From Sphaerodactylus townsendi (taxonomy: Eukaryota): a DNA stretch of 64,000 nucleotides. Every line of letters begins with the position of its first letter. The first letter of the stretch is position 1. The position numbers were made by a program, and so were the translations under genes. The stretch lies in assembly GCF_021028975.2 (NCBI RefSeq), contig NC_059435.1, positions 54,560,001 through 54,624,000 of the forward strand, written 5' to 3'. Shown in pieces: positions 11,656 to 25,199 of this stretch. The notes beneath the pieces are model-generated. The model saw only the letters and a list, made by a program, of their open reading frames with translations. It was not told the origin of the DNA and did not search any database.

Positions 11656-12455
11656 TGTTTTTTTTTACTTTTATTTTCCTGTTTCTTGCTAGAACTTTTT
11701 ATTTTCATGTTTTCTAAAAATGAACTGGACAAACAGATGACAAGTTCTAGAAAGTATATTAATCATTCGGGGCACCGTTTACGTTTTCAATTTCTGTAGG
11801 ATGCATTTTTGCCCCAAAATGCTGCCTCTGAGAAGGGCTTTATAGGCCAAAAGGTAGTCTGACCAGTGTAAATTGATGAGATGTGAATTTTATTTCATAG
11901 AAATGATTTCAGATATTTATAAATGATCAATTGCTCATTCATTCACTTGATAGCTGTGCTTTCCCACTCTCCTTGTCTGTTTACCCAGTAGCCTTTCTCT
12001 TAGGGGTGCTGCAGAATTCCTGTTTGGAAGGTGGTGCCCTGAAAGGAGCATAACAGTTTTGATGGTTGGTGATTTCCACACTCTTGTTGTGAACTGACTT
12101 TGGGCTTAAAAGTGGTATACATATTTGGTGTGTAATCTCTGCTTCATATGATTCTCATGTTCATAAATAATTATTTATTATAGTGCAGTTAGATCTCACA
12201 GTCATTCACTGACTTTCAAATTTGATTGTTAAAAAGCATATTAATCTATTTCAACAATGTATATGCATGGTAACGAGAATACTGTTCTAAGAATTGTGTA
12301 ACGCACCTAAACCTCCCTTCAAAGTTGTTTTTATCTGTGGTGCTTTGCTATGTATCTTCTTTAAGCTCAGTGAAAGCTAACGTCAAAGATTAGTGCTATT
12401 ATAAAAGACTGGGCTGAACCAATGACATTTAGATGCCGGAAAGGTCTCTATATGG

Positions 12456-12713
12456 CAGGGGTGTCAAACATGGGCTCACTAGGCCAGACTGGGGGGGGGG
12501 AGGTACATCAGATGACTTGCAAGCCTAATAAGCCCTCTCAAACTGAGGTAGCCTCCTGCCCCCCCCCCCCCCCCCCCACACACTGCCAGTCTGGACTGGG
12601 GGACCTGGTAGGAGTTTGCCAGTCAAAGGAGCCACACACACCCCATGCCCAGTCCGACAAAGTCACATATATGTTATATCTGGCCCTAATAACAAATGAG
12701 TTCAACGCCCCTG
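12456..12713. mobile_element. hAT-type non-autonomous element
   Basis: caggggtgtcaaac / gttcaacgcccctg; TSD ctatatgg/ttatatgg. Confidence 0.8.
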
Positions 12714-13012
12714 TTATATGGTATGACAGATATTTAGTCATTGTAATCAGCAGGCGTTAGCAGGAAAGAGTCTTTCATTAGACAATGCTAGTTTGTGTGC
12801 TGCCCATTACTGGTCGTTTATGTACAGTGCAGAGAGTCATCAGTGATTCATACACACATTTGGATGTTTGTCATAGAATCACGCTTGTAAATATGAACTA
12901 GTCAGACAGAAATTATAACAAAGTAGTTATGCAAAATGTAGCTATTGTGCAAAATAAAGTAGATATGAAGACACCCAGGGAAAACAGCTGTTTTCAGAGA
13001 GAACAAAAGTAA

Positions 13013-13284
13013 GCAGCAGTGGCATAGGAGGTTAAGAGCTCGTGTATCTAATCTGGAGGAATCGGGTTTGATTCCCCGCTCTGCCTCTTGAGCTGTGGAG
13101 GCTTATCTGGGGAATTCAGATTAGCCTGTGCACTCCCACACACACCGTCTCTGAGCTCTCTCAGCCCCACCCACCTCACAGGGTGTTTGTTGTGAGGGAG
13201 GAAGGGCAAGGAGATTGTAAGCCCCTTTGAGTCTCCTGCAGGAGAGAAAGGGGGGATATAAATCCAAACTCTTCTTCTTCTTCT
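13013..13284 (+). mobile_element. tRNA-derived squamate SINE (Squam3-like)
   Basis: A/B-box-like head gcagtggc..ggttaag..gggtttgattcccc; tail aatccaaact(ctt)n. Confidence 0.85.
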
Positions 13285-13500
13285 AATTAGAAAATAATAA
13301 ACTTCCTTGTGCAGTCAGACCAAAGATCTGTGTAGTTCAGTAGTCTGTCCCTGAGAGCATGTTCTGACTTTTTAAAATTTGAAACTGGATTGTCTTGCCA
13401 AGAAGGTGGAAGCAAGGCTCTGTCTCCTGTTCTTCCTCTCTTCCTCTCCCAAGAGAAGTATGTAACATGTCCTTTGGGGATCGGGCGGTATAGAAATTGA

Positions 13501-13502
<2 letters not shown>

Positions 13503-13538
<36 letters not shown>

Positions 13539-13551
13539 TGATGATGATGAT
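13503..13551. repeat. (AAT)n(GAT)n compound microsatellite
   Basis: Direct reading; grows from an L2-like tail. Confidence 0.9.
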
Positions 13552-15636
13552 GTCACAGAGGTCTTTCAAATAACTTGAGGTTTCTAGGTTCATTTTTTTC
13601 CCTTTAGTGAAGTGAAGATCTCAGTTTCTGGGCGGGTAGGCTGGTTGGAAAAAAAGAGCAGGTCCTACTCAGATACTCTTGGGCACCACAAAAGCAGGAT
13701 ATGCCACTTTTCATGACAGGCGCAGATCTGACTTGATGGGCTTTTTCTTGTGTTTCTACTTATCTACAAAGTGTGATTGGAAGTGTAAAATGAAACTCTG
13801 GGGGTGCTTGGTCAAATCGAATTTGTTTCATCCCTTCCAACCAGGGTTGTAAGCCATGTTTTTATTCCAGTTTAGAGCTGCAGTTTTTGAGGATGAAACA
13901 AATTTCAATTTAGACAGGTGTTCACAGATAGGCATGCAAACTAAAGATTGATTCAAGACTAATGAGATGAAGTTTTACAGTTATGCCATGTATGAGGAGA
14001 AGAGAGAGAATAGCACAGATGCAGTGAAATAAACTCTGTGATGACATTAAACAAAGAATTGTGTGTTCCTGTGAAATAAACTGGATTTGGCTGTGGTATC
14101 TGGTGAAATGCCAATAACTTATTTTGTTCTTACTTACCACTTTGAAACGATAGTGGGGAAAATCTACAACCAGTCACAATACTTCATCTATTTTATAGTT
14201 GCCCAGTAGGTCTTGTGTTGGGTATCTTTCTTAAATAAATGTTTTTGGCATGAGTCTGTTTACTTTCAGAGGTTTTTTTTTGTTTGTTTTTTTGCTGAGA
14301 ATGCTTTATTTTCTAAAATGTGTTTTGTATACATCCATTTAGATAACAATGATAGTGTTGACTCTTTGGTTGTAGTCCTGTACATCCTTTCATGGAAACA
14401 AATTATACCAAGTTGAGTGAGCTTTATGTCTGAGTATATATGTATAGGATCAGAATGCATAATCCCTTCAGCTTAATTATAGATTTTTTCCTAACGCCCC
14501 ACCCCTCCCCAAATGGTTGCTGTGCTGTTTCTTTAAGTAAAAGAGCATTAAAGTGGTTGCAAAATATTATCATGGACATGGACCATTCCCTGTTTGTTTC
14601 CTAGGAGCAATTGCTGGTGGCAGACTGTCTCAGCTAAAGTGAACAATGGGAGAGAGGGCAAGGCACTTTCCAGCACAGTTTTGACCTTTGAGGGAGCTTA
14701 ATTGGGGCCAGTCCTGACAGCAAGCACCGGGCACTTGATAAGACGTGACTTGCATGATTCATCCAGGCCCAACTGCTTGCTACTGTTCAACAACAACCAC
14801 CCTATGAAAGCCAGTGTGGTGTAGTGGTTAGAGTTTTCGATAGAATCTGGGAGACCCAGTTCTAATGTCCATTTTGCCATGGGAATTCATTGATGACCTC
14901 AAACCATTTACACTTTCTCAGACTAATTGATCTAACAGGGTTGTTTTGAGGATAAAATGGAGGAAAGCAAAATGCTGCTTTGGGTACCTGTTATGTAGAA
15001 AAGGCACGGCTTGTTGAAGTAAACAATAAATATAGCTGAAGATGAGGGAGCAGATAAAAGGCTGGTGGGTAGAAAAATGAAAAAGAAGTACGGAAATGAA
15101 AAGCTTTTGGGGGTTTCCAGGAGGAGGGGAAGTAGAGAGAATACAGTATAGCAGTTTAAAAAAGCAAGCGTCTCTAGTAGCACCTTAAAACTAACCTCAT
15201 TTCTGACAGGGTATGAGCTTTCATGAGTCACAGCTTATTTCTGAGAGCCCATCTGTCCTTAAATATAGAAGAGTGAATTTTTTTTATTTATTTATTTATT
15301 ATTCAATTTTTATACCGCCCCATCCCCGAGGGTAATTCAGACAGTAGCGGGTAATTCAGTTGCAATAGCATGTAAAAATTAGTAGCAGGTAAATGTTAAT
15401 AGTGAGTGTGACATGTAGAGGGTTAGCAGGCATGGAGAAATCAGCATTGGCAATGGGACTGGAATTCTAAATTTCCCTCAATCCAGGAGAAGGCATTACT
15501 GTCTCATTACCAGTGCTTCTGCATGCCTTCTACCTCTCTGCAATCATCCCCACTACTGCCATTTGCCTGTTTTTGGTATTTCCATGTTATTGCCACTGGG
15601 TTCCTTAATCTCCTAAAGTGGCATCTTAATCTCCTG

Positions 15637-15940
15637 GAGCAGCAGTGGCGTAGTGGTTAAGATGAGATGCATTGTAATCTGGAGGAACCGGGTTTGATTC
15701 CCCGTTCTGCTGCTTGAGCTGTGGAGGCTTATCAGGGGAATTCAGATTAGCCTGTGCACTCCCACACACGCCAGCTAGGTAACCTTGGGCTAGCCACAGC
15801 TTTTCAGAGCTCTCTCAGCCCCACCCACCTCACAGGGTGTTTGTTGTGAGGGGGGAAGGGCAAGGAGATTGTAAACCCCTTTGAATCTCCTACAGGAGAG
15901 AAAGGGGGGGGGGGATATAAATCCAAACTCTTCTTCTTCT
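15637..15940 (+). mobile_element. tRNA-derived squamate SINE, full length
   Basis: Nearly identical to 13013-13284. Confidence 0.85.
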
Positions 15941-15957
15941 TTATTAATTTGCTGACA

Positions 15958-16238
15958 GTTGGGGATTTTCTGTGTTGCTGTGGTCCTGTAGTTTTTCTCC
16001 TAATGTTTTGTCAACATCTATGGCTGGCATCTTCAGAGGCATGTCATGGTAAGATGTGTCATGCTGTTGCTATCTCAAGACCTGAAATGCTTGATAGATA
16101 TCTTATTGTGACATTCTTTTGAAGATGCCAGCCCTAGACGCGGGCAGAAAGCTAGGAGCAAAAATGATCACATCCACACAGCCCAGAAAATCCACAACAG
16201 ACAGTTGATTCTGTCCGTGAAAGCCTTCAGCAATACAT
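15958..16238. mobile_element. Penelope-like hairpin element, degenerate
   Basis: Same family as 48110-48579 (ccgtgaaagccttc..caataca tail). Confidence 0.7.
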
Positions 16239-16954
16239 TGTCTGACTTCAGTATTCTCTACTTAAAGACAGAAGGACTCACATTCTGTCTATATCTGAAG
16301 AAGTGAGCTGTGATTCACAAAAGCTCATGCCTTGCCAGAAATGATGTTAGGCTTTAAGGTGCTACTAGATTCCTTTTATTTTCTACTAATGTAACAGTAT
16401 GCAACACATTTCATTTTTGCTACTTCGGTTACTCCATTATCTTTTGGAATCTATCAATCATTTCATGTTGAGACAGAAGAAGCATGCCATTCTTTTCTCT
16501 GTCACATTACTCCTGGATCCTTAATCGTTCTCTTTATCTAAAATCTGTATTATAGCAAACACTTAATTGACTACCGGTTTGTTCCCTGTGGCCATGCTAA
16601 TACTTGGCCTAATTACCACTTATTTACACGTTACTGCTGGTGCAGTAGGCTGGTGTTGATCTCTTATGTGATTTGTGACTGGAATTTAATGAGGCTTGGA
16701 AGGCTTAATTCAGAATTATATTGAAGGGTTACCTATTGTCTGGAATCCCCTCATGATGGTTGAAACGTAAGTATTATTTGACCTTGTAGCTATGATGGAG
16801 TGAGCTGACAAGTATCAAGTAGCCAAATGTATGTTCAGATTAAATAGGGGTGTTGTCTGGTTTCTGAAGAAGTCATGGTCTTGGATCTCAAAGCCAGATG
16901 ACCTTGATGCCCTGTATGGAAAGAGTACTGTAATGTTGAATTATTATTGCAGTG

Positions 16955-17808
16955 TGTGAGGCTGGTTGCTCACTGGCCCAATGCTGCTGGGTGTGCCATC
17001 CCTCTTTCTCCTTGCCCAGATGACTTACTGCCCATCCTAGCTCCTGTTGAATAGGTAGTCCTGCCTCACTATTCCTCCCAGGGCTCCTGGCTGGGTCCAG
17101 TTTGTTGGATTGGTGAAGTGATCAGCTATTGGTGGCTGGCCTGGATGAGTCAGGTTGACTTGGGCCTGGGCCCTCTGGGCACTCTGGCCCAGCCTATGAG
17201 GTCTCTCCCTGGTTCTACTCTCCTTCTCTCCCTTTCAGTTTCACTCTCTATTTTCCTATCTTGCTTTCCTATCTCTCGTCTTGACTCTTGCCTTCCCCCT
17301 GTCTTCTCTGTCCTCCTGTTATCCCCTCCCATCTTCCAGTCCTGCCCTTTGAAGACCCTGCTCCACCTGGGACATGGGCCATTTGTCCATCCCGGGCACC
17401 CAGTGGTTGTTTGGCCTGTGGTCTCACATTTCCTTTTAGACCCGGAAAGGGTGGGACTGGTCTCCTCTTTCGGCTGCGCTAGAACAGCCTTCCTGTAGCT
17501 GACCTGGGACCTCGGCACAAAGGCCCAGAACCCCTGGTCCTCCACTGGTCCCCCTTGCCATCTGTCTCCTCTGCCTGCCTTGCTTCTTGACTCCTGAGGA
17601 CCAAGCCAGCAACGGAGGGTTTACCTGGTCCATTGTACTTCTGTGGGCCTGCCCGGACACCTGTGGCGAGTGCAGGGGTCGGGCAGGGGGGGGGGGTGTC
17701 AGATGGCTGCGGGTTCCGATGAGGTGGAGGAGTGCGGGCTGGTGGCAGCCACCAACAGTGGACACACTTGTAGAGCAGTACACACAGAACTATCTGTGTT
17801 GCCTCACA
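16955..17808. mobile_element. Candidate solo LTR
   Basis: GC-rich 854-bp block bounded by TGtgaggc / gcctcaCA; TSD not clear. Confidence 0.45.
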
Positions 17809-20648
17809 AGCTCTAAACATTGAAAAGGTCTGAGGAACAGTCTCTTCATTACCTCGTAAATCTTGTTACTTCTGTGTTCCTTTGCCTCCATACAGGAAAA
17901 AAGCTCATTATCTGTACATTTAAGCTTGAACATTGCCCCAGAACGTGGATCAAAAAGTCATGTGTAGAGAAGAGGCAGGATTTGTCTATAAGCTAAGGGG
18001 AGCCCCAGGTTTGCAGAAATATACAAAACAGAAAATAAGTGATTGAATTTAAAAAATTCCTAAAAACTCAATTTACGGCAGCAGGGGTCTCAGCTGTCAT
18101 TTTGAGGAATTTTTTTTGCAACACTATAAAAAGGCAATGGGCTGAGGACATGAAGGGTGAGGCATCACAAAGCGAGGCTGGTAGGCAAGCGAGGAAGGAG
18201 ACAGTGAAGACAAACAAAACTTCCAGGAGCAAAGGAGCAGAGAGTAAGATAGACATTAGTACTGGGGAGGTGAGCAAGCCGAACAGATAGTGGAAGGAGG
18301 TGATGCTGGCAAGTGAACATGCAAGATGGTGATACTAGAGGCATTGGGGGAGGAGGTAGAGTGACTAGGCAAGTGAGACAAATGATAGGGAGAGGAGAAG
18401 GTTGGAGCAAAAAAGCGGCAGGAGGGAGCAGGGACCAGCGGAGGAGCGGGATTTCCTAGCGTCTGTGAGTTCCTTGTGAATCCTGGCTTGTTTTCTGCCA
18501 TGGCAGACTCATGTCTGAGTGCTACTTCCCATATAGTGGAACTATCTAACTGAGGTTGGACTTTCTTTTGCATACTTTGGGAACTCCCTGCATATGTAGA
18601 AAAAATGTAATTTTTAATTACATTTTGGTGTGTAACATCTGTACACACCAAATAAACCCAGCTACATGAAAACCAAGCATGTTGATTGTCGTGAAGGTTG
18701 AGCACAGTTGTGAGGCATTTACAGTGTGGCGGGGGGGGGGGGGGGCCTACAGTGAGATGACCAAGTGGCCTCAACATATCCTTAAGAGATAAGAAGAGTT
18801 GTAAATGAGACTTTCCCAACTGTTTGCTCTTCCAGCAGTTCCTTTGAGCCCCATGTTAGATATGAATTGCAATCAGTGGTATTTAATCTTTACGTTGCTT
18901 GTTGGTTAGGTTTTTGTTGTACCTCTAGTGAGATCAGGGCAACATTCAGACCTCCCCATCTTTATTCTTCATGAAATCCCTGTGAGGTAGGTCAGGGTCG
19001 ATCAGCAGTAATGAATGGCTCAAAGACACCCATAAAAACCCAAAGCAACTCTTCCAAGACTCCCATTCAGGTCAATTCAATGGGACTTTCTCTTAGGAAA
19101 GTTTCTTAGGATTACATTGCCAGTGTGTTTTGTGGCCGAACAGTGTAATCATGGAGCGCACTTGCCACAAGTTGGTACATCTACTGAGCTCAAAAAAGCA
19201 CTATTTGTCTAGCATAAATTATAATGTTAATATTTGACAACATTGATATCAAAGTAATTTAGAAATGGAGGGTCACACATGCCATTTATTGACCTAACGG
19301 AGCTTATTCACTTGTTGACTATGTAGTTGGATATTTTTTCGTAATGCAGCTACCAGATTATTTAAATGAATTGCAACCTCTGCTGGTGGTTGGTTTTTCA
19401 TTTTGGGGCTAATTAAGTTTGTCTCTGAACAAGTAATTGATAATTTACCATCTATGCAGCTGTTTGCAGAACATCAAAACATTTGGAATGTATAATTTTC
19501 TTAATACGACAGATATGACTGTTTGCACTGCTGCATTTTGCATATTTCTATGCTTGTAGTAATCTGCGTTGTGATATAGAATAGGCTACAAATTAATATA
19601 CATTCTTCTGATTAACAGTCTATACTAAGTAGTAAGACAGCCTTCTGCCTGTCTCTCCTTTCTGTACTGCTTTTCTATCCCTGATTTGTTTTGGTAGAAT
19701 TAACCAGTCAGTTTACTGTGTTAATAACATGGTGGGCATAGGTTTGGAAAGGAATATATCTGTGTTCGTATTAATGTTGGCCAGATGATTCTGGGGAAGA
19801 AAACCATGCAACACCATGTCTAAGATTGCTTGAAGCATTTGAACCAGCTAATACTAAAATATTTATGAATGAATTCATAAAAAGAATTCATCAGAAGCAG
19901 CACTGAAATTATCTTGGCAAAATATTTAATCTCTCTGTACATGAATATTCAGTTCTATTCAGTAAAGCAAATCTTCCATCCTGATTTCTTTATGTGGAAA
20001 TCTTGGTTGTTGTTGTTGTTATTGTTGTTAGTATTATATATTTAGGCCATCATGTAGTCCTGTCTTAATTAGCAAGCAAGAATTTTCTTATATTTTGTCT
20101 TCAAGTTAGATCCTCACAATTTGAAGTGCTTTCTTTAATGAGATGCCCTTTCCTTCCATCTTTGAAAGGCACCTCTTAGCTACCTTCTAGTTCCCTCAGT
20201 AATTTAAGAAAGTATCTTATTGAGATGTCCGTTGTATGAAACAGTATGCTGATATAATTTTTCATATATTAATCCGGTGGTTCCTTGGCAAACCTGGCCT
20301 TTATTTACCCAAGCTTTGTTGTTTAATAATAACTTACCATTTTGACCTCATACAAGTGATAGTAGCTGCAAATTGGTAGTTCATGATAGATTACTTGCTC
20401 AAATGGAGAGATCATGAACTTTTGCCTCTAATACGGCACCAAAACTCAGAGCAGGGAGGGAATTGGCAACATAGGGCAAAAGGGTTTTTCTTTCTGAATT
20501 GGACCCAATGACCGTTGTCCCTGAATTTCAGGTCTGATTTGGGAGGTACTTGATTCAGGGTTTACAGCTTTCCTTCTTACTGGCCTTCAAAGCCTGGGTA
20601 CTGGCCTTCAACAAGCCTGAAACCTCAACCTATACCATCTGTCTACAT

Positions 20649-20770
20649 CAGTGGTCTGCAACCTGCGGCTCTCCAGATGTTCATGGACTACAATTCCCAT
20701 CAGCTATGGCAGGGGCTGATGGGAATTGTAGTCCACGAACATCTGGAGAGCCGCAGGTTGCAGACCCCTG
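20649..20770. mobile_element. hAT-type palindromic MITE
   Basis: Hairpin; perfect TSD gtctacat. Confidence 0.9.
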
Positions 20771-21236
20771 GTCTACATCATTGTCTGCCCTTGTTTGGTT
20801 TTTCCCCACAATTGAGGGATTTATTGAAGCAACATATTACCATTCTGCAAGTGTGAAGATTATTCTACTGTAGGGATCTTGGTATGACATTCCCCAACAA
20901 CATTTCAAGGCCTGCTTATGATAAAGTAAATTTCTGGCGTGACGGATTGGCTGCAGTAGAATGTGTTGACTTGATAAGCCAATGTGTGAATATCTTGACT
21001 AATGGGACCCTGTTGAACATATTCACAGCCTCAATACTGAAAGTTTTTTTTAAAAAAGAGTTTACATATAATTTCATTTCATCTTACATTTTAATGTAAC
21101 AATTTTAAGTCCGTGTAGGTAATGTCTAAATGCTTTATTGTACCTAATAAAAAGTAGACCGACTGTATCTGTTTAAGTCTTGGGACACTGAGTGAATTTT
21201 TTACCTGTATCTTAATGTTTTTTTTTTTCTTTTAAG

Positions 21237-21321
21237 AGAAAGCAACCAGTGAGATGAATACTGCAGAAGACTGGGGACTCATCTTAGACATTTGTGATAA
21301 AGTTGGACAGTCACGAACCGG
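21237..21321 (+). CDS. STAM: STAM exon 2 (VHS domain)
   Basis: EKATSEMNTAEDWGLILDICDKVGQSRTG; canonical AG/GT. Confidence 0.97.
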
Positions 21322-22029
21322 GTAAGTGTAAATGTATGGATTTTATTTTGAAGAGGGTGAAAATTGAATTATGCTTACAAGCGTCTTTCATAGCTTTCAC
21401 TACTGGAATATGCAAGGCACTTATAGGGAAAGCGAGAAAAGTATTTCTATTAATGCTGAAAGGCCTACGAAGTATCCATTTTGTGAGACATATTGGAAAT
21501 TTGAAGTGTATTTAGCAGAGCTACTTTATATGGTTAATGCAGAATATTCTATTATTAAATGATGCAGTAGGCATTTCATATTGTATTCTATTATGACTGC
21601 AGACTTCAGGTACTATATTTTTAAACTACTGCTTGATGTTGTAAATGAGACACTTCAGTCTCCACTTGAGTTCGGAATGTGACTTTATACTACTTACATC
21701 TTCTTGCCTGACATTTGATATGATCAAGTAGACCAACATATCCCCCAGCTGCTTTCAAATAATCGCCTGAAGTGTGAGCAATTTCAATATGATCAGTCAT
21801 CTGATGAGTTGATCTGCTTTTTAAATTTACAACCTTTTAAAGCATTGCAGAATGAGATCTTATAATACCCATGCAGTGATGACTGATCACATGCCGATCA
21901 AACAGTATATTAATGCGATAAAGCAACCAGTTTTTCCTTTCTTTGTACCAATTCACACTGGCTATCAAATACATTGCTGTCATCAAGAAATATTGCTTAA
22001 AAGGCTAAAGTTTCTATTATTGCTAGGTG

Positions 22030-22566
22030 CAGAGCAGTGAGCTGTAGTACTGCAGTCAAAGCTGTGCTCACAACCTGAGTTTATGAGGCTCACGGTTGAC
22101 TCAACCTTCCATCCTTCCAAAGTTGGTAAAAAGTCGTCAGCTTGCTAAAGGTAAAGTGTAGACGACTGGGGAAGGCAGTGGCAAACCACTCCGTAAAAAT
22201 ATTCATTTATTCAACTTAGACCACTCTTCACCATACGGGCTCAAAACAGCTTACAACATCAATTAATAAACAAAAAGATCAGTAAAACATTTTCATCTAT
22301 ATCCAGGCACCATTAATCTCCACCAAGGGGAATAAAACAGTCAAAACTTCAAATTATATCTCTTGTAAAATCAGCATTCACACCATACATTGAAATGAAG
22401 GGGAGGGGGGGGGAAGGGGGAAAAAAGAAGGCCAGCTAGTTGTATACTGTTGCTGTCCCCAACCATAAGCATGGCGGAACAGTCTGCCTAGTAAATGTTG
22501 TGATGTGATGTCACCCCCGTGGGCCAGTAATGATCTGGTGCTTGCACAGGAAACCTTTACCTTTTT
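22030..22566 (+). mobile_element. Sauria-type SINE (BovB-like tail) split by an L2-like 3' fragment at about 22200-22480
   Basis: ggttgactcaaccttccatccttcc...ggtaaaa, ggaaggcagtggcaaaccac and acctttaccttt tail. Confidence 0.7.
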
Positions 22567-24949
22567 AGATAAATAAATTATCTTGGACCAGGCAAACAAT
22601 ATTTGGGATCAACAGGGGAATAATCCTTCATTCATATAATTTAACTGGTTTAGATTAATTTAACTGGTTTAGATATGAAGGAGCTAAAGAGCTGTGCATT
22701 ACTGGTTGCTTTGGGTTTATGCTTGTGCTTAGCTATGTCCCATAGTAAATTCCCTTTAAAACCAAGGATACTCTGAAAAGCTGCTGAGCATAGTTTAGGG
22801 GTCTACAGTCCAGTGAAGCAAACTTAAGTGCCACTGCGTATGCAAAAGGCCTTAGGCTTGCCTAAAATCTAATTGGGTTTGCAATTGTCTTCTGGGAAGT
22901 AGAGGTATGCCAGCACCTTGTGAGGTTGGTGGGGCTGAGAGAGTTCTGAGAGCTGTGATTGACCCAAGGTCACCCAACAGGCTTCATGTGGAAGAATGGG
23001 GAATCAAGCCCAGTTCACCAAATTAGAGACTGCTGCTCTTACCTATTACACCCCGCTGGCTTAATAAATAAGTAATACTTTAAAGTATAAAATATTTATG
23101 TACTTTGGAAGTGCTTAATTGTATTCATTGGCATTAACTCGCGTATAACATAACGAAAACCTCTTGTGGCAAACAGCATTCCTTCCAGTTATCTATACAG
23201 AAAACTTGGTAGTAGTTTCTCCTTCACATAAAACAAGTTGACAGTTTTGTACAGTGTGTGAGATGACTATGCTGTGTGGCAGCATTTTCTATAATTAGTA
23301 GTGCTAAGTATGATGTGGAGGTTTGTAAAACGTAGACATGACCAAATATAGATTACCTAAAGCTGCAGTGTAACTTAAACTAGACCTTCCTCTCAGTTGC
23401 TGGGTATCAGTGCTTCGGAGAGGAGTGAAATCATAGATACACTAGAATTTTTAAAAAGTAATTTCTTAGAAATTGCGATATAAAATCTCCTGCAGATGGT
23501 TGTCACATTTAGTTACAAGTATGTGAAAACAATGAAATACCTCACTGGAATGAAAGCATGCACCCCATACTACCTACCCCCTTACATTCTTCAACATAAC
23601 AGTTAGACTTAGTTGTGTTTCTTAACACAAGGGAATTCAGTAGCTATTTGTTACATCTATAAAATGTCCCTTGATGATAATGAATCACAACCTATATGCT
23701 GTGGGAATATTATCAATAATATCTGCACCATTAAAGCCATCTGTCTCATCTTGTACTTTTCCTCAAATGCTGAAACTCTTTATAAATAGAACACTTTTTC
23801 TGAAATGGCTAAAATATTAACATCCGACTTTGCTCCCTGCACCTGAGAATTGTTTGTCCTCCTGTTTGCTGTTCTTGATCATACCAAATATTGTAAACTT
23901 TATTTCTAAAAGTTTGATACAACCAGCAATACTAAGTGATGTCCTATTTTGTATTAGTTCACCATTGTATAGAGTGCAAGTGAGGACCGTTGATAAACTC
24001 ATAGGGAAGAAAATTCTCCTCTATGGTTTCTCTTACTACTACCACCCTTTTTCCAACTGGTGCTCTCTACTTGCATCTTTCTCCTTGCACACCCTTCTTC
24101 TTCCTCACTTTACCCTCAGTGTTGGTCCAGACCTCTTCCTTGCACTACAGTGCCCCCTAACCTCTCCCTGATGCTTTGCCTGCCCCCTCTGTGCCATTCT
24201 GCCTTTCTCTGCCCCCTCCATTCCATTGTGGCTGCCTGTCTTCCCTTTGGCAGTGGGGGAGATGGCAGCATCTCTAGTTCCTACTCCGCTCACCTGCAGC
24301 TTCACATCTGCCTAATCCAGACACAGTTGTCTGCACTTCCCTTGGGCTGGCAGAAATTCTGTCTTTTTTTTGTACACAGACAATGCTGACCATTGGATTA
24401 ATTGATATTATAAATACATACATATAGATACATAAACATACATGTTCCACCTCCCAAGAAACTCCTCTCTAGATTCTGAACAATAAATATTTAATTTGGA
24501 CAGACTTTAAAAATATTTATCTGTTCTGGAGAAAATGTGGTATATTGCCTATGAAGATAATAAGAGCTGTGGACTGAAGTATAGTAAGCAGGGGATCCAC
24601 GTACTAATCAGCCATTATTGTGGTTTCTTCTGACCTTCCTCCATTTGTAAGGAGATACCAGCAGTGCTATTCTCTTAGTCTTTGGAGGAAATGAACTGTG
24701 ATTTTCCCTTCTCATTGCGACTTTTACTGTGGAAGCAGGCAAGTAAATTAATGGAGTCATTACTGAGAAGTGAATTAGACTTTGAGTCAATTTTACATTG
24801 TAATCTAGATAATTTGTTAAAGAGAATTTTGTTATCTCTTCAGCAATACAGAGATTTGTTCTTTATTTCCTTCCATATGGGTATTTTTTTAAAGTGAGCT
24901 AGTGTATTTGTGCTAGTATATTTTAAAAACTACTTATCTTATTTATTAG

Positions 24950-25025
24950 GCCTAAGGATTGCCTTCGGTCTGTTATGAAGAGAGTGAACCACAAGGATCC
25001 TCATGTTGCTATGCAAGCATTGACA
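24950..25025 (+). CDS. STAM: STAM exon 3 (VHS)
   Basis: [25 protein letters not shown]; AG/GT. Confidence 0.97.
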
Positions 25026-25103
25026 GTAGGTGGCTTTTCAAAAGACCTTTAACATTTGAAGTTGTATTATCCAATATTTCATTTTCATTTTTTTTCTTTT
25101 TAG

Positions 25104-25199
25104 CTTCTAGGAGCATGTGTTTCAAACTGTGGTAAAATATTTCATTTAGAAGTATGTTCAAGAGATTTTGCTAGTGAAGTAAGCAACGTATTAAATAAG
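25104..25199 (+). CDS. STAM: STAM exon 4 (VHS)
   Basis: [32 protein letters not shown]; follows a 78-nt intron. Confidence 0.97.

Larger units (their letters stand above)
15168..16385. mobile_element. Penelope-like inverted-repeat element carrying three nested insertions
   Basis: ctagtagcaccttaaa / tttaaggtgctactag ends; arms mirror each other around about 15490. Confidence 0.65.

Noticed and set aside
13013-13085. tRNA-like A/B boxes
   Set aside because: These are SINE heads, not tRNA genes; no cloverleaf
16295-16330. Hammerhead-like ctgaaga...aaaagctc on the sense strand of STAM intron 1
   Set aside because: The catalytic GAAA is mutated to AAAA and stem II is degraded, so it is predicted to be inactive
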